A stretch of DNA of 32,000 nt from Methanosphaera stadtmanae DSM 3091 (lineage in GTDB: Archaea; Methanobacteriota; Methanobacteria; Methanobacteriales; Methanobacteriaceae), in the NCBI RefSeq assembly GCF_000012545.1, contig NC_007681.1:1500001-1532000 (forward strand), read 5' to 3'. The stretch's first letter is position 1; each line of letters starts with the position of its first letter. Shown piece after piece: positions 28,654-32,000 of the stretch. Made by a program: the position numbers and the translations under genes. The notes under the pieces are model-generated. The model made no database searches, had not been told where the DNA came from, and saw only the letters and a list, made by a program, of their open reading frames with translations.

Positions 28654-29073
28654 AATTAATTTTAAAATAATCCCCTATTTATAAAAATAAAGAATATTAT
28701 ATTTTATTTATCAAAAAACATTTTTTTTATACCGTGAATTTATTTAATTTTTATTTCTTTTAATTGAAATAGGGTTATTTATAATTAAATAAGAACTTAT
28801 TTTAATAAAAAACATTATACTATATATAAGTATCCAAAAGTATAAATATCAAAAAAATAATAATTATAATTATAAAAAAAATATGAACAATTATAGGAAA
28901 AAATATAATTTATTCTAACCTTAACAAACCTTAAATCATTAATTATTCAAAAAAATCATTATGAACTCCCATAAACTAAAAAATAATAATACTAATTTTA
29001 TACAAAAAATTCAACAATTATCAAAATAACTAAATATAGATAATAGTATTTATTCCTAAAAATAATAGAGAAA

Positions 29074-29358
29074 ATGTCAAAAAAGAATTCAAAATTAAAA
29101 AAAATAGGTACAATAAGTCATATAACAAGTACTAACAAACTAATTGTACCTTCAAATAAAACACCTCGTATTGGTTCAGTAATAGTAAATAAACAACATA
29201 AACCAATAGGTAAGATCAATGATATATTTGGGCCAACCAAACAACCATACATCTCTATAAAAACTAGTAAAAAATTTAAAAAGGCTAATACGGGAGAAGC
29301 TGTATATCTACAACCAAAAAATAAGAGAAGGAGGATGAAACAACGGCAGGCATACTAA
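29074..29358 (+). CDS. gar1: H/ACA ribonucleoprotein component Gar1
   Basis: 94 aa. The core [51 protein letters not shown] matches archaeal Gar1. Both termini are Lys/Arg-rich. Confidence 0.8.
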   Translation: MSKKNSKLKKIGTISHITSTNKLIVPSNKTPRIGSVIVNKQHKPIGKINDIFGPTKQPYISIKTSKKFKKANTGEAVYLQPKNKRRRMKQRQAY

Positions 29359-29903
29359 AACGGAAAAAAAGATATGGACGACCTCATAAAACACTAAAAA
29401 CTGACATTAAAACCAGAAAGCCAAAGAAAAAAGAAGAAAAAACAGAAGAAACTCCAGTAAAAACAAAAACAACCAAAACTCCCAAAATAAAAGAAAAAAC
29501 AGAGAAACCTAAAAAAAGAGGACCAGGAAGACCAAGAAAAACCAATAAAACAGAAGATAAAATAGAAGTAGAAGATACAAGTAAACATACCACTACAATT
29601 ATTGAAAAACAAGAACCACCAAAAAAAAGAGGACCAGGAAGACCAAGAAAAACTAAAAAAACAGAAGACAAACCAAAAGACAAACCAAAAAAAAGAGGAC
29701 CAGGAAGACCAAGAAAAACCAAGAAAACAGAAGACAAACCAAGAAAAAGAGGACCAGGAAGACCAAGAAAAACCAATAAAACAGAAGACAAACCAAGAAA
29801 AAGAGGACCAGGAAGACCAAGAAAAACTAAGAAAACAGAAGACAAACCAAAAGACAAACCAAAAAAAGAAAAAACCAAACAACCAAATCCATTACTTGAA
29901 ATT
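29325..29903 (+). other. Stop-free 193-codon stretch in the tfb reading frame, encoding an AT-hook array; translation status unresolved (no in-frame ATG/GTG/TTG)
   Basis: My manual translation of the frame with codon starts divisible by 3 is bounded upstream by TAA at 29322-29324 and runs uninterrupted into ATG 29904. See findings. Confidence 0.5.
29511..29867 (+). repeat. Near-perfect tandem coding repeats (54- and 66-nt units) containing aaaagaggaccaggaagaccaagaaaa
   Basis: The identical 27-nt core occurs at 29514, 29625, 29691, 29745 and 29799. All spacings (111, 66, 54, 54 nt) are multiples of 3. Confidence 0.9.
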
Positions 29904-31082
<1,179 letters not shown>

Positions 31083-31086
31083 GGTT

Positions 31087-31104
31087 CACATCAATTCTTT
31101 TTTT
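31087..31104 (+). terminator. T7 tract after tfb
   Basis: cacatcaattcttttttt, with the T7 at 31098-31104. Confidence 0.45.
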
Positions 31105-31198
31105 ATATAATTTCAACTATTTTTTAAAATATTAATTTAAAATAAGCATTTTTTCTAAAAAGAATAATAAAAAAAATAGAAAAGTGAATTTATTCTAT

Positions 31199-31396
31199 TT
31201 AGAATGGTTTTAAAAATACCATGACTACATATATTAATACAAATACAATTACAATTCCAAATAGTATTTTTCTTTGTTTTGCAACTTGTTTTTGTTTTAA
31301 TTGATATTGTTCTTGACATTTATCTGAACAAAATGATTCAGTTAGTGGTATTGGTTTTCCACATATTGCACAATGTCTATGAGCTTCAACTACCAT
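31199..31396 (-). CDS. Small Zn-ribbon protein with C-terminal TM anchor (DUF2116-like)
   Basis: 65 aa from ATG 31396 (GGAGG SD at 31406-31410, 9-nt spacer): MVVEAHRHCAICGKPIPLTESFCSDKCQEQY...ILFGIVIVFVLIYVVMVFL. The longer track ORF (to 31483) would overlap pyrH. Confidence 0.65.
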   Translation of the reverse strand: MVVEAHRHCAICGKPIPLTESFCSDKCQEQYQLKQKQVAKQRKILFGIVIVFVLIYVVMVFLKPF

Positions 31397-31415
31397 ATAA
31401 ATATACCTCCTTTTT

Positions 31416-32000
31416 TTATTCAGTGATGAGTGTTCCAATTGGTTGTGTAATTGCTGTTTTAACATTTTCAGGAGTGTTACCATTTACAATTACTGTTTTT
31501 ATTTTAGAACGTTTAATAATTTGAATTGCTGTTTTATCAATAAATTCATATGTTCCTGCTTTTGTATCATTATCAGATACTATTTCCATTAATTTATCAG
31601 CAGAAACTTCAGAAAACATTTGAGCATCATTATATTTATTAGGATCCTTATCATATAATCCATCTACACTAGTAGCATTTATTACTAAATCAGCACCAAC
31701 ATATTCTGCAAGAATACTTCCAACTGCATCTGTACTATGTGCAGGTTCTGTTCCACCCATTACAACAATTTTACCTGTAGCAGAAAATTCTAGTGCTTGT
31801 TGGAAATTTACAGGTATTGCTGGATAGGACACATCTTTTAGAGCTAGTTGTAATAATCTAGCATTTATTCTTGTAACTTGTATTCCTATTTCATCACATA
31901 TGGATTCTGTTTCACCCATATCTCTAACTACACTTATGTAATCACGTGCTGGTCTTCCACCACCAACTACTATAAATATTTCATGATCTTCATTGATTTG
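31416..32000 (-). CDS. pyrH: Uridylate (UMP) kinase, archaeal type; 5' end lies beyond the window
   Basis: The frame stays open to the window edge and reads ...[27 protein letters not shown]...[21 protein letters not shown]...DGLYDKDP, matching the amino-acid kinase family of archaeal PyrH. Confidence 0.85.

Noticed and set aside
29325-29358. The idea that Gar1 continues by a -1 frameshift into the basic AT-hook region (a GAR-domain-like tail), giving a Gar1-TFB fusion
   Set aside because: The shift would have to occur within 29325-29356, where I see no slippery heptamer. It would fuse Gar1 to the whole of TFB, which is biologically implausible. Gar1 is already full length at 94 aa.

Overview
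This is an AT-rich (roughly 27% G+C by eye) archaeal chromosomal segment. The gene content points to Methanobacteriales, Methanosphaera/Methanobrevibacter-like; that assignment is inference. I can support 31 protein-coding genes. Housekeeping genes are hemC, topoisomerase VI B/A, aIF-1A, aIF-5A, RIO kinase, a Dim2-like KH protein, archaeal DnaG, a XerA-type recombinase, type II GAPDH, Gar1, TFB and UMP kinase (partial at the right edge). Envelope and accessory genes are an Asn/Thr-rich PMP-repeat adhesin-like protein, a GT-B glycosyltransferase plus acyltransferase_3 pair, three paralogous small membrane proteins, BioY, an ACR3/BASS-like permease, an aldo-keto reductase with an Fe-S domain, a metallophosphoesterase, and GyrI-like, DUF211, RraA-like and TIGR00300 proteins. 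I saw no rRNA, tRNA, CRISPR array, transposase or convincing C/D-box sRNA. Most genes have a GGAGG-type Shine-Dalgarno site 7-11 nt upstream, and many are followed by T7-T9 tracts. Most of the window is ordinary core genome. The stand-out is the 545-nt gar1-tfb 'spacer' (29359-29903). It is almost T-free and, in exactly the tfb reading frame, encodes five identical [11 protein letters not shown]-hook motifs plus one degenerate copy. An acidic tract and then the TFB zinc ribbon follow, giving an HMGA-like module on a general transcription factor. This frame has no ATG/GTG/TTG start upstream of 29904, and the only nearby ATG (29374) is one base out of phase. Secondary points are a triad of small membrane-protein paralogs flanking an inverted glycosyltransferase/acyltransferase cassette, an adhesin-like protein with a C-terminal glycosidase-like TIM-barrel domain, and two unusually long gene-free AT-rich spacers. 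All family calls rest on motif recognition by eye; no database search was possible.
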